A stretch of 64,000 bases of DNA from Macrostomum hystrix. Its lineage: Eukaryota > Animalia > Platyhelminthes. Below the pieces are notes generated by a model that was not told the DNA's origin, did no database searches, and was given only the letters and a program-made list of their open reading frames with translations. Location: NCBI GenBank assembly GCA_950097015.1, contig CATNEN010000003.1, forward strand, positions 12,834,001 to 12,898,000, given 5' to 3'. Made by a program: the position numbers and the translations under genes. Positions 35,401 to 48,917 of this stretch are shown in pieces (positions within the stretch are counted from its first letter, which is position 1; each line of letters begins with the position of its first letter).

Positions 35401-38400
35401 TGACTCAGATTGCGATTATTCTAGGTTTAAGTCTGAAATAAGATAAGGATTCTAAATTTGAGTTCAAATTCAGTTTTTACCGGTGTCAGTCAAAGAATAT
35501 ATTTTTCTAGTTTTGAGTTCAAAATAGACAATTTTATAATTTGGAGTCCAATATGGTATTATTCTAAGTTTGAGTCCAAAATGGGATTATTTAAGGTTTG
35601 AGTATAAAATGGGATTATTTAAGGTTTGAGTATAAAATGGGATTATCTAAGGTTTGAGTATAAAATGGGATTATTTAAGGTTTGAGTATAAAATGGGATT
35701 ATTTAAGGTTTGAGTATAAAATGGGATTATTTAAGGTTTGAGTCCAAAATGGGATTATCTAAGGTTTGAGTATAAAATGGGATTATTTAAGGTTTGAGTC
35801 CAAAATGGGATTATCTAAGGTTTGAGTCCAAAATGGGATTATTTAAGGTTTGAGTCCAAAATGGGATTATCTAAGGTTTGAGTCCAAAATGGGATTATTT
35901 AAGGTTTGAGTATAAAATGGGATTATTTAAGGTTTGAGTCCAAAATGGGATTATCTAAGGTTTGAGTCCAAAATGGGATTATTTAAGGTTTGAGTATAAA
36001 ATGGGATTATCTAAGGTTTAAGTCTAAAATGGGATTATTTAAGGTTTGAGTATAAAATGGGATTATCTAAGGTTTGAGTATAAAATGGGATTATCTAAGG
36101 CTTGAGTCCAAAATGGGATTATTTAAGGTTTGAGTCCAAAATGGGATTATTTAAGGTTTGAGTATAAAATGGGATTATCTAAGGTTTAAGTCTAAAATGG
36201 GATTATTTAAGGTTTGAGTATAAAATGGGATTTTGTCTTGTATTCTAATGTTTGAGTCCATAATGGGATTTTGTCTTGTATTCTAAGGTTTGAGTCCGAA
36301 ATGGTATTTTTCTAGCTTTCAGTTAAAAGGATAGAATTTTTATGTTTGTGTCTAGGATTGAATTTCTATAACTTTTAGTTCAAAATAAACTATTTTCTTA
36401 TTTGGTGTCTAATGTGGTATTGCATCTAGGTTTGAGTCCTAAATGGGTTGTTCCTAGTTTTGAGCTCAAAATCAGACTTAAGACACCGAAGTATTTTATT
36501 CATCCATTTTCATAATTGCTTCGAGTATTGGACAGGATCTGTTTAGGGTTCATTTTTACAGATTATTTATTTTCCATTGGTTTAATTCGAACGCGGCAAT
36601 CATTCTCGCGATTCTTCTGAATTGTACAGGTCAAGAATTTTGTGTGTTGATCAGGCACACAGAAATCCCACTTCTAGACAATGGGGAACAATTGCCTAGG
36701 GAACCGCAGTTGCTTCTTCTTCCTTGCTAGTGAGTAGTTCGTAGTCTTCTGGGTAAGCCGGTGGTTCTTGTTCATATTATTGGTCGACCGTGTCTTCTTG
36801 GTGTTCTGGGTCAGTAGGTCATTGTCTCCCGAGTCTTCTTGTCTTTTAGTCTTCTTGGCAGCTGCTAGTCGACCCTGTCTGTTGCGCTTGGCCAACAAAG
36901 GACGAGAGCGAATCAGATTACTTTTCGGTTTCCTCGAGCTCGGAATTCAGAAACATGTCACATGACTTTGCTTTTAAAAATAGCATATGAAGTCATCATG
37001 ACTCATTCCTAAAAATATATTAACAATTATAGCTTAGGTTTACTTTTTATATATTACTTTAAGTAGCGCGTTGAAAAAATTGCATATTTTACTACTCTCT
37101 ACACAGGGCGCCATGTCAGGTGCAACCCTGAGCCAGTGGGGCAGCGCACCGGCACTCATCAACACAGACACCAGCCGGGTGACATTCAAAGGTGAGCCAG
37201 ACGAGCTCATGTTCACCGCCTCCGGCGATGCAGCTGACGACGACAATTCCAGCGTTTCGGAGAACGTCGGCGGTGGCGATTCAGACGAGTCGGAAGATTC
37301 GGACGACAATGATCCGGCTAATAATAGCGCCGGCGGTAGGGTTTCTGGTAGCGGCGGCGGTGGCGGCGGTGGAGGCGCCGGTCGGAGCGGCCTGTCGAGT
37401 CGCGACGACAACCAGTCGGGCTGCAGCACGGCCAGCGGTCACCGAGCCGATGCGTCTCGCGAGGAGAGCGAGCTGCTCTACGTTGATCAGAACAAATCCA
37501 GACTGCCTAGGGGCATTGCGGAGATTCGGCCGCACCTGCAGAAGGTGGACAATGTGCCGCTGCAGGTGTCGCTCTTTACCGATTGCGATATTGGCGCCGT
37601 ATCTGAGATGCTGCTGATTATGCGTCAGTACGGAGAGAGATCAGTGCTGCTCTACTCAGCTCTCAGCTTGAGATCGTGCCGATTGGCTAAGATAACGGAT
37701 ACGGCTGTGAGTCGTGGGTCATTGAGAAGCCGGGCTTTTAGGTCACTTTTGAGTCGAGAATTTGCCATTGATGAGTCAAGCTCTGAGTTATGGATGAGTC
37801 AAGCTCTGAGTCATGGATGAGTCGAGCTCTGATGGATGAGTCGAGCTTTTGAGTCATGGATGCGTCGAGCTTTTGAGTCATGGATGAGTCGAGCTTTTGA
37901 GTCATAGATGAGTCGAGCTTTTGAGTCATGGATGAGTCGAGCTTTTGAGTCATGTATGAGTCGAGCTTTTGAGTCATAGATGAGTCGAGCTTTTAAGTCA
38001 TGGATGAGTCAATGATAAGTCGAGCTTTTTGAATCATTGATGAGTCATGGATGAGTCGAGCTTTTGAGTCATAGATGAGTCGAGCTTTTGAGTCATGGAT
38101 GAGTCGAGCTTTTGAGTCATAGATGAGTCGAGCTTTTAAGTCATGGATGAGTCGAGCTTTTGAGTCATAGATGAGTCGAGCTTTTGAGTCATGGATGAGT
38201 CGAGCTTTTGAGTCATAGATGAGTCGAGCTTTTAAGTCATGGATGAGTCGAGCTTTTGAGTCATGGATGAGTCGAGCTTTTGAGTCATAGATGAGTCGAG
38301 CTTTTAAGTCATGGATGAGTCGAGCTTTTGAGTCATGGATGAGTCGAGCTTTTGAGTCATAGATGAGTCGAGCTTTTAAGTCATGGATGAGTCAATGATA

Positions 38401-41400
38401 AGTCGAGCTTTTTGAATCATTGATGAGTCATGGATGAGTCGAGCTTTTGGGTCATAGTTGAGATGAGATTATGGGTCATAAATAATTCAGAATCAGGCTC
38501 ATGATTGAGTCGAGATCTGGTCATACAGAAATCAATATTTTGGTCCTAGTTGAGTCGATTTTGCATCAGTGAGCAGTGCCTAAATAACAAAATGATGTCT
38601 CTAATAATTCGCAGATCGCCCTGGTGCCCCAGCTGCCTCCCACCTGCCGCAGTGAGCCAGTGCCGCCAGTTGGCAGTCGCCGGGACCCCAGTCCGGCCTT
38701 TGTGGCAGCCAAACTACTCAGTCTGCCAGCAGGCTACGCGCCAACTCGACTAGCCATCGCCGGCCTCATAGCCGACTGTCGCTGCTCTGTTGAACGACTC
38801 AAACGGCCTCTGCGAGCCTTCCTATCCATGGCGCTGATGCTGTCTGGTTTGCAGGCTGCCAGCTGTCTGCTCATGCTGCCTCCCTGCCTATCAGCTGGCC
38901 AGGTAGCTGCGCTCTCGTTTGTACTGCTACCCTCCATCGCCTTTGGCACAGTGGCCAAGGCTGAGGATCGACTGAAAGCGCTGAACCAGCCAGCCAGGAG
39001 AAGGGATTTGCCTAGGCGGAAAGCGCTGACTGTTCGGTTAGTTGGTTGACTTGCTAGTGTTAAAGAGGCTTCTTAACTTAATGATTGCAACTAGTTTAAG
39101 AGGGCCTCTTAAAGGGGTAGTTGTTGTGGCACGTTCAAGGTAAACAGGCTTCGTTTTGAAATTATTATAATCGGGCGTCATTTTTGAAGAGTATTATTTT
39201 CGCAGGTTCAAAAATAGATTTAGGCGGCAAGTTCAAAGAGAACCACCTGGGATTTTTCTAAATGGAATTGTGGCGGCAAATTCAAAGGATAGTTAAAAAC
39301 GGAATTGTGGCGGCAACTTCAAAAGATAATTTAAAATGGAATTATGGCGGCAACTTCAAAGATAACTACGGAGGCTAGCTTAGTGTCGATTTCTGTCGCG
39401 GAAGTTCAAACAAAACTATATAGGCGAGTTTCAAATCAACTTTTATTGCAGCGGCAAGTTCATTCGGGTTAACCTTACAGAATATTGTTATTTCATATTT
39501 TTATAGTATTGTTTAATTAACCGCCTCGTTGTCTAGCTACCTGTCACTGCACCTGGCACTGACTTTGCCATCCGCGGTAGCAGCCGCCCTGGTGTTTCTA
39601 GGCTTCGTCTATTCCCAGTGCTCGCTGATGTCTAGGCGAGACAACTCAATGAGCAATAGTACCAACTCGCTGCCGGTCAGTTACGATAACGAGTCGCGGT
39701 TCATGGCTTCTACATTCTACTCTCAGTACTATCGTTTGAGCCTGGAGAATTTCACTACCTGCCTTGCGCATCCGACATGGACTCAGACAGATAATTATCA
39801 ACTGTTGGCTGCATTCCAATTTGTTCTATTCTGCTTTTTGATTCTGGTTTGCTGTAAGTGCCTGTCCCAACATTCTGTCTGTCTGTACTTTATAAGACAG
39901 CAATTATTGACAGCAGTATCATTTCTTAACCCGCAGTGATTACCTCTCTGGTTTTCGTCACGGAAAATAAGCGACCATTTCGCATGCCCAGTGCCAGCTT
40001 CGCTAGACTAAAAATCTGGGCCATGTGTCAACTGGCTATGTGAGTCTCTTCGGGTCTTAAAAGTGCAGAATGGATTGCTAATCTATACTCTGTGGATTGG
40101 GGAATACCAAATGGATTACTAATTTGTCCTCTTTGGATTTGGAAATACAGAATGGATTGCTAGTCTATCCTCTGTGGATTTGGAAATACAGAATGGTTTG
40201 CTAGTCTATCCTCTGTGGATTAGTTAACACAGAATGGATTGCTAGTCTATCCTCTTTGGATTTGGAAATACAGAATGGATTGCTAGTCTATCCTCTGTGG
40301 ATTAATTAACACAGAATGGATTGCTAGTCTATCCTCTGTGGATTAGTTAACACATAATGGATTGCTAGTCTATCCTCTGTGGATTAGTTAACACATAATG
40401 GATTGCTAGTCTATCCTCTGTGGATTAGTTAACACATAATGGATTGCTAGTCTATCCTCTGTACATTATGGAATGCAGAATGGTTTGCTAATCTATCCTC
40501 TGTGGGTTAGCCTGATTAGAGAATACACAATGGATTGATAATCTATTAATCAACGACGTCTGAATCTGTGAATATTTTCTCACGTCGCTAATCCGCAGCT
40601 TAATCTGCTCGCTGTTAATCGCCAGCTGGGATCTCTCGCTTCGCTCCTCCTGGGCTCGCCTGTGTGATCTGGGCCTGCACGTCTGGCTGCCGCTCATTTT
40701 CTGGCTGCTCGCGCTTGGACCCGTCAATGAGGTTGTCAAGCACAGGCAGATGCGGTGAGAACTTTATTTTTTCATGTTTAGCCTCCTCATGTACCTCGCC
40801 TTTTTACCTGTATTCTCTGTTACCCTAGCCTCATACCTCATTACCCTTGTTCCATATTACTTCAGCCTCATTACCCCTGTTCCCTATTACCCCAGCCTCA
40901 TTACCCCTGTTCCCTATTACCCCAGCCTCATTACCCGTGTTCCCTATTACCCCAGCCTCATTACCCTGTTCCCTATTACCCCAGCCTCATTACCCCTGAT
41001 CCCTATTACCCCAGCCTCATTAACCCTGATCCCTATTACCCCAGCCTCATTACCCCTGTTCCCTATTACCCCAGCCTCATTACCCCTGTTCCCTTTAACC
41101 CCAGCCTCATTACGCCTGATCCCTATTACCCCAGCCTCATTACCCCTGATCCCTATTACCCCAGCCTCATTACCCCTGTTCCCTATTACCCCAGCCTCAT
41201 TACCCCTGTTCCCTATTACCCCAGCCTCATTACCCCTGTTCCCTATTACCCCAGCCTCATTACCCCTGTTCACTTTAACCCCAGCCTCATTACACTGACC
41301 CTATTACCCCAGCCTCATTGCCTGATCCTTATTACCCCAGCCTCATTACCCCTGATCCCTTTAACCCCAGCCTCATTACCCCTGTTCCCTATTACCCCAG

Positions 41401-41688
41401 CCTCATTACCCCTGTTCCCTATTACCCCAGCCTCATTACCCCTGTTCCCTATTACCCCAGCCTCATTACCCCAGCCTCATTACACTGACCCTATTACCCC
41501 AGCCTCATTGCCTGATCCCTATTACCCCAGCCTCATTGCCTGATCCCTATTACCCCAGCCCCATTACCCCTGTTCCATATTACCCAGCCTCACTATTATG
41601 GCTGTTTACCCGCAGGATCAAGAGTAAAGAGGATCGAGCGGCACGCCTACACTTCGACACGAAGCTGGGCATGTACTCGCCTGTCTGA
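29418..41688 (+). CDS. TMEM94: TMEM94 (KIAA0195, P-type-ATPase-like membrane protein); exons about 29418-29680, 29916-30061, 31021-31532, 31907-32278, 32809-33285, 34045-34251, 34776-35282, 37107-37706, 38615-39036, 39537-39853, 39937-40039, 40599-40754, 41616-41688
   Basis: WTVRDGCLVNLP..LLVRDDVI; LCCADK|EGILS; LKSLKPLGL; CSDYWNG; CIRFVYFSEENELRSRGFAERLGLESGWNCHISL; NKSRLPRGIAEIRPHLQKVDNVPLQVSLFTDC; C-terminus LHFDTKLGMYSPV; a few donors are ambiguous. Confidence 0.92.
30213..30632. mobile_element. Probable CMC/EnSpm-type non-autonomous element in TMEM94 intron 2
   Basis: Ends CCCGCTAAAAAA ... TTTTTTACAGGG (imperfect TIR), AT on both flanks, internal GATTC/GAATC motifs, GC content above the surrounding intron. 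Confidence 0.45.
32285..32775. repeat. About 39-bp intronic minisatellite (GATACCTGTTCTAGGTTTGAGCAGTATGTTCTGGT), TMEM94 intron 4
   Basis: Tandem repeats. Confidence 0.93.
33427..33940. repeat. 33-bp intronic minisatellite (CCTGTTCTAGATTTGAGCAGTATAGCAGGGAGT), TMEM94 intron 5
   Basis: Tandem repeats; shares a core with the intron 4 array. Confidence 0.93.
34272..34740. repeat. 20-bp intronic minisatellite (TTTGAGTAGCTTCAATTGTG variants)
   Basis: Tandem repeats. Confidence 0.9.
35565..36300. repeat. 28-bp intronic minisatellite (AAAATGGGATTATTTAAGGTTTGAGTAT)
   Basis: 28-bp period. Confidence 0.95.
37768..38455. repeat. 24-bp intronic minisatellite (GAGTCATGGATGAGTCGAGCTTTT)
   Basis: Tandem repeats. 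Confidence 0.95.
40066..40540. repeat. About 41-bp intronic minisatellite (AATGGATTGCTAGTCTATCCTCTGTGGATTAGTTAACACAT)
   Basis: Tandem repeats. Confidence 0.9.
40835..41592. repeat. 30-bp intronic minisatellite (CCCAGCCTCATTACCCCTGTTCCCTATTAC)
   Basis: Tandem repeats in the last TMEM94 intron. Confidence 0.95.
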
Positions 41689-42329
41689 CGCAACCGCTTT
41701 TGATTAACTGTCTATTCGAGCTTAGCTATATTCTAATAATTTTAATTATCCAATACTCCTTAAATTGTTACCTGACTCAATTTTTATACTTGACTTCCGA
41801 TGCTCGCATATTTTTGTGATTCAATGATTGTACTAACTTTCCATAACCTTTGATATCATTGATAATTTATTTGTATTGATCATGATGTACCAGCAGTAGA
41901 TAGTAGAGCATAGTAGACAGTAGGATTGTAATTTTAGCAATGCTTGTAGTACTTCAGCTATACGTAATTAAGATGGGCATTGTCTATGTTTTCTTATTGT
42001 GCTATTTGTAAATCTTTAATCAACTGCTTTAGCACTTGTATTTCATAATTTTCGTTACTTCGATTTGCCGCTGACTAATTGTGTCATTCTCTGCATCAGC
42101 AATATGTGTACTACTAGATGCTTCATAATTGTCTTCTTTTGTATTTCTACGTAAGTAGCTATAGTTACCTTTATAATTATTTTAACTCTTGTCTTTTACA
42201 TCTGCAAGGCCCACTTGTTGATATAAAGCCTACTTACGAGCTATTTTTAATGACTTCAATTTTTACTTAAAAACTAATTGCAATGTAGCTTTTTTGGTCT
42301 TTGTGCTTTTTCGTGCTACAGTCTTCCCA

Positions 42330-44885
42330 CCAGATCCTCAGGCTGTACAGTCACCCTCCCAGATCATCAGGCTGTACAGTCACCCTCCCAGATCATCAGG
42401 CTGTACAGTCACCCTCCCAGATCCTCAGGCTGTACAGTCACTCTCCCAGATCATCAGGCTGTACAGACACTCTCAGAGATCATCAGGCTGTACATACACT
42501 CTCAGAGATCATCAGGCTGTACAGACACTCTCAGAGATCCTCAGGCTGTACATACACTCTCAGAGATCATCAGGCTGTACAGACACCCTCAGAGATCATC
42601 AGGCTGTACAGACACCCTCCCATGATCATCAGGCTGTACAGACACTCTCAGAGATCATCAGGCTGTACAGACACTCTCAGAGATCATCAGGCTGTACAGA
42701 CACTCTCAGAGATCATCAGGCTGTACAGACACTCTCAGAGATCATCAGGCTGTACAGACACTCTCAGAGATCATCAGGCTGTACAGACACCCTCAGAGAT
42801 CATCAGGCTGTACAGTCACCCTCCCAGATCATCAAGCTGTACAGACACTCTCAGATTCTCAGGCTGTACAGACACTCTCAGAGATCATCAGGCTGTACAG
42901 ACACTCTCAGAGATCCTCAGGCTGTACAGACACCCTCAGAGATCATCAGGCTGTACAGTCACCCTCAGAGATCATCAGGCTGTACAGTCACCCTCAGAGA
43001 TCATCAGGCTGTACAGACACCCTCAGAGATCATCAGGCTGTACAGTCACCCTCAGAGATCATCAGGCTGTACAGACACCCTCAGAGATCATCAGGCTGTA
43101 CAGTCACCCTCCCAGATCATCAGGCTGTACAGACACTCTCAGATCCTCAGGCTGTACAGACACTCTCAGAGATCATCAGGCTGTACAGACACTCTCAGAG
43201 ATCCTCAGGCTGTACAGACACTCTCAGAGATCCTCAGGCTGTACAGACACTCTCAGAGATCCTCAGGCTGTACAGACACCCTCAGAGATCATCAGGCTGT
43301 ACAGTCACCCTCCCAGATCATCAGGCTGTACAGACACTCTCAGATCCTCAGGCTGTACAGACACCCTCCCAGATCCTCAGGCTGTACAGACACCCTCCCA
43401 GATCCTCAGGCTGTACAGACACTCTCAGAGATCATCAGGCTGTACAGACACTCTCAGAGATCATCAGGCTGTACAGACACTCTCAGAGATCATCAGGCTG
43501 TACAGTCACTCTCAGAGATCATCAGGCTGTACAGACACTCTCAGAGATCATCAGGCTGTACAGACACTCTCAGAGATCATCAGGCTGTACAGTCACCCTC
43601 AGAGATCATCAGGCTGTACAGACACCCTCAGAGATCATCAGGCTGTACAGTCACCCTCCCAGATCATCAGGCTGTACAGACACTCTCAGATCCTCAGGCT
43701 GTACAGACACTCTCAGAGATCATCAGGCTGTACAGACACTCTCAGAGATCCTCAGGCTGTACAGACACTCTCAGAGATCCTCAGGCTGTACAGACACTCT
43801 CAGAGATCCTCAGGCTGTACAGACACTCTCAGATCATCAGGCTGTACAGTCACCCTCCCAGATCATCAGGCTGTACAGACACTCTCAGATCCTCAGGCTG
43901 TACAGACACCCTCCCAGATCCTCAGGCTGTACAGACACCCTCCCAGATCCTCAGGCTGTACAGACACTCTCAGAGATCATCAGGCTGTACAGACACTCTC
44001 AGAGATCATCAGGCTGTACAGACACTCTCAGAGATCATCAGGCTGTACAGTCACTCTCAGAGATCATCAGGCTGTACAGACACTCTCAGAGATCATCAGG
44101 CTGTACAGACACTCTCAGAGATCATCAGGCTGTACAGACACTGTCAGAGATCATCAGGCTGTACAGACACTCTCAGATATCATCAGGCTGTACAGACACT
44201 CTCAGAGATCATCAGGCTGTACAGACACTCTCAGATATCATCAGGCTGTACAGACACTCTCAGAGATCATCAGGCTGTACAGACACTCTCAGAGATCATC
44301 AGGCTGTACAGACACTCTCAGAGATCATCAGGCTGTACAGACACTCTCAGAGATCATCAGGCTGTACAGACACTCTCAGAGATCATCAGGCTGTACAGAC
44401 ACCCTCCCAGATCCTCAGGCTGTACAGACACCCTCCCAGATCCTCAGGCTGTACAGACACTCTCAGAGATCATCAGGCTGTACAGACACTCTCAGAGATC
44501 ATCAGGCTGTACAGACACTCTCAGAGATCATCAGGCTGTACAGTCACTCTCAGAGATCATCAGGCTGTACAGACACTCTCAGAGATCATCAGGCTGTACA
44601 GACACTCTCAGAGATCATCAGGCTGTACAGACACTGTCAGAGATCATCAGGCTGTACAGACACTCTCAGATATCATCAGGCTGTACAGACACTCTCAGAG
44701 ATCATCAGGCTGTACAGACACTCTCAGATATCATCAGGCTGTACAGACACTCTCAGAGATCATCAGGCTGTACAGACACTCTCAGAGATCATCAGGCTGT
44801 ACAGACACTCTCAGAGATCATCAGGCTGTACAGACACTCTCAGAGATCATCAGGCTGTACAGACACTCTCAGATCCTCAGAGACT
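42330..44885. repeat. 29-bp satellite (GATCATCAGGCTGTACAGACACTCTCAGA), about 2.5 kb
   Basis: 29-bp period; unit is stop-free on +, producing spurious 880-aa ORFs. Confidence 0.97.
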
Positions 44886-46249
44886 CTCGCGGATCTTAAA
44901 ACTCTTGCCTTTCAGAAGGAAGGAAATATTTAAATGTTTAAATAATATTTACTATGCATAACTATTCCGCGTCGTAGGTGATAAGGATTTATGAAGCAAG
45001 ACTGAAAACTTTACTCGGGTCCCACGCTTTGAAATAAATTGATTAGTCTATTAATATGTAAATTCCTAGATTGTGCATTTATATTGCGCATTGCTTACAT
45101 ACAATTGTATATTTTATATACCCAGAATACATTAGAGTTGCCTATTCTTATATTAATACTGTAAATACTAGGCTTGTTGGAACCTTAGAATTTACATGCG
45201 CTTAGCAATCCGATAAACATATATTTGGAATCCATGGAACAGAAATAGTATATAGTATGTGGTCTTTGGAAGCCAAATTGGAAGCCGAATGCTAAGAGTA
45301 AGATCTCTATATTCAGGAGCTAAAAATGTTCCGTCTCAGGGAGTGTCGGAGTCGGAGACACTGAAGTGCGTCATTGATGCTGATGAATCTCGAAATTTTT
45401 CAACTCTTAAAACACGTGGCAGCAAATTAACTTCGAGGTCAGTTAGTAAGGGAATCTTAATAATCAAATAATTTTAAGTGTTAAGCGCGGCAAATTGTAT
45501 GAAGAAGTTAAATAACAAGGCACTGGCACCAGTAAAAATAGTCTAGGGTCCTTAACTCTTCTAAGTCCTAACAGAATAGAGCAGATATTCCAGCCCCGGA
45601 ACCGCATTTGCGTTCGCCATGAGTGTACACTCGCCGGAAAGGGGGTTAGAAAAGTCCATGTACATACCTCGACCCGGGGATGGCTGGTTGGCAATTAGAA
45701 GTACAGCGCGCGCAAAGAGAGATGAGAGAGGTTTGAAATGTACATTCACCATAGATATATTTTAACTTGTCTAGGGCTAGAAAAAGAACTGGAACGACAG
45801 ACCTAGAGGAGTAGGAAGTTAGGCTGGCTGTTTAGCTGTGTTGCGTAGCTCGTAGCAAAGTATTGCTGCATAAAAAACTGGCTATTCGCTTTATATATTG
45901 CGCAGGCCTCCAATTGCGATTTAATATTTTGTTAATTCCGATTGCGCACACCCACAGAATGCTGTCGTTTGCAATCCGATTTATTACTGGCCATTGCAGG
46001 TAATACGCAGTAGAACTTTCAAGTCGTTTCCAGGGTAAGTTTTATCGTTTCATATTAAATTAATTATAAATTATCTGATATAACACCAACAAAACAGGTT
46101 AGCAATAGGACTATTTTAGATTGATCATGAACATGACATTTGGAATTAAAATTGGACGACGTTAGCAACCCGTTAGCAAGGTTTTTTCGACAATTTCTTT
46201 AACCGAAACACGTGTTGGACTAACCTGTCAGTTTGGGAAATAAAGTAAC

Positions 46250-46755
46250 AACCCGTTTGACACTCTGTTACACAGATTGACAACCTGTTAGACAGATTGA
46301 AAACCTGTTAGACAGATTGACAACCTGTTAGACAGATTGAAAACCTGTTAGACAGATTGACACTCTGTTAGACAGATTGACAACCTGTTAGACAGATTGA
46401 AAACCTGTTAGACAGATTGACAACCTTTTAGACAGATTGAAAACCTGTTAGACAGATTGACACTCTGTTAGACAGATTGACAACCTGTTAGACAGATTGA
46501 AACTCTGTTAGACAGATTAACAACCTGTTAGACAGATTGAAAACCTGTTAGACAGATTGACAACCTTTTAGACAGATTGACAACCTGTTAGACAGATTGA
46601 CAACCTGTTAGACAGATTGACAACCTGTTAGACAGATTGACAACCTTTTAGACAGATTGACACTCTGTTAGACAGATTGACAACCTGTTAGACAGATTGA
46701 AAACCTGTTAGACAGATTGACAACCTTTTAGACAGATTGAAAACCTGTTAGACAA
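46250..46755. repeat. 20-bp minisatellite (CCTGTTAGACAGATTGACAA), probably in a 5'UTR intron of the GT31-like gene
   Basis: 20-bp period; donor-like ccagg|gtaagt near 46035 and acceptor ttttgcag at 46811. Confidence 0.95.
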
Positions 46756-46835
46756 GCCGACAGACTTTGTATTTTAGACAAATAGACATGTTGTACATTT
46801 TAATTTTGCAGACTCGCCTAGCCTTACTCGAAAGC

Positions 46836-48371
46836 ATGCCACCTAGCCGCAAGAACTTGCTACTTGGCATTGTACTTTTAGCCGCTATTGGCCTGTTTTA
46901 TCCTTTACTGCACAGCCTTAGAGGTGACAAGCAGTCCACTGTGCTAGATCAGGCAGCAATTGACGAAATTGTCGCCCAGCGTCAGCGAAATCTTGAACGA
47001 TCGCTGCGCCTGGAGTCCTGGGGCGAGTGCTTCCAATTGGCTCCGAATCTCATAGTGGCTGTGGCTTCCAACCAATCAGATCGCGCCGGTCGCAACAGAT
47101 TGCGTCAGTTGTGGCGCAAGAAATGGCACCTATCCGGCAGTGCGGCGCAGTTAATATTCTTTGTGCGCTTCTCGGCAGCAGCAAGCAGGTCCAGCATAGT
47201 TGACGAGTTTCATAGCCAGCAGGATCTTATACTCAACGCTGGTCTACAATGGCAATCGGATGTGGCAATGCTGAGAAGCGCAGCTAATTGGTTTCTCCAT
47301 CAGTGTTCGAGGACTCCCTATCTGTTGTTTGTGTCTGCTGATTCAATGAGTGGAAATTCTAGTCCACTTGATGTCCGCCTAGTCTCATTGCACACCGCTG
47401 GAGATGGGGTGGCTGCGGCTGACATTAGTGCCAATGGAGAGAAAGGTGAGGATTGGGAATCGATCTTTAGAAACGTGACCTAGGGATTTAGTAAATTAAA
47501 AAACTTGACCTGAGGATTTGGGATCTTTAGAAACTTGGTCTGAGTATTTGGGATCATTAGAAACCTGACCTGAGGATTTGGAATCTTTAGAAACTTTGCC
47601 TGAGGATTTGGAATCTTTAGAAACTTTGCCTGAGCATTTGGGATCTTAAGAAACTTGACCTGAGGATTTGGGATCATTAGAAACCTGACCTGAGGATTTG
47701 GGATCTTTAGAAACTTGGCCTGAGGATTTGGGATCTTTAGAAACTTGACCTGAGGATTTGGGATCATTAGAAACCTGACCTGAGGATTTGGGATCTTTAG
47801 AAACTTGACTTGAGGATTTACGATCTTTAGAAACTTGGCCTGAGGATTTGGGATCTTTAGAAACTTGGCCTGAGGATTTGGGAAGTTTAGAAACTTGACC
47901 TGAGGATTTGGGAAGTTTAGAAACTTGACCTGAGGATTTGGGAAGATACGTTTAGAAACTTGACCTGTGGATTTGGGAAGATAAGTTTAGAAACTTGACC
48001 TGAGGATTTGGGAAGATAAGTTTTAAAACTTGACCTGGGGATTCGGGAAGTTCAGTTACCCAACCCGAGCATCTACATGTTAGGAAATATTCGCTAAGCT
48101 CGTTTTAAAATCGGACTGTAATCGCAAATGTCATTCTCCAGGTACCAGAAACGGATCAACAGTTTCACAGGAAATGGGCTTCAATGACACAGTCAGCTCG
48201 CCGCCCTGCCTGCTGATGTCTCGCTCGCAGGTTGAATTCCTGGTTAAGCGAGTCAGCGAAGCCGATGGCGCCTGGCCGGAGTTGCGCGGCTCGCTGCTGC
48301 CCAACTTCAACCAGTGGGTTGCAGCGGCGCAGCGACTGTTCTGCAGATCCGACAATCCAGCGGCCGAGTGA
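46836..48371 (+). CDS. Divergent GT31 (beta-1,3-galactosyltransferase-like) type II membrane protein; exons 46836-47445, 48142-48371
   Basis: TM anchor; LIVAVAS..RAGRNRLRQLW..LIFFV..IVDEFHSQQDLI..AANWFLHQCSRTPYLLFVSADS follows the GT31 N-terminal motif order; the DDD motif is absent; exon join in phase. Confidence 0.62.
47462..48050. repeat. 30-bp intronic minisatellite (TGAGGATTTGGGATCTTTAGAAACTTGACC)
   Basis: 30-bp period. Confidence 0.95.
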
Positions 48372-48917
48372 AGCAACCGTGCCATGTGATGCGCTTTTTT
48401 TAATCAGTTGCAAATTTGCTGCTAGCTCGTAATTCTTAACATCAGCTTAGTCTGCTACTTACCCCTTAGTTCTGGTTCTCCCCCTTTACTCTTCCCCTAT
48501 CGATCTGTTTCTCCCCTTTTAGTCTGAATCTACCTTCTCCCCCTATAGTCTGTTTCTTCCCCTTGTTCTGTTTCTACCGCACTCTTATGCTTGTGCTCTC
48601 TAAATAATTCATCTGCCTTCTAACTTCCTCAGTATTGTAGTGAAGTATATAAATAGACATTTTCATTCCCTTCTTTGGTCTATTTGACTAATACTCGTAA
48701 ATTGCACTGAATGTTCGTAGGCCAGTACTGTTTTCTTAACTGCTCAATTTGCTAATTGTTAGTTCATTCTTGTTTCTGTAAGCATGTCTGTAAACACAGA
48801 ATTTTATAATATATAACAAAATGTCCGTCAGACTCAAGTCAATTTTGTCAGCTAATTCGAAAATAATTATGCAAAACACGTCTTACCAAATCTCTTTCCT
48901 TTTTATTTATTGTACTA

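Noticed and set aside
42294-44961. 879/886-aa ORFs
   Set aside because: Translations of a stop-free 29-bp satellite cycling through all three frames; no ATG start or domain
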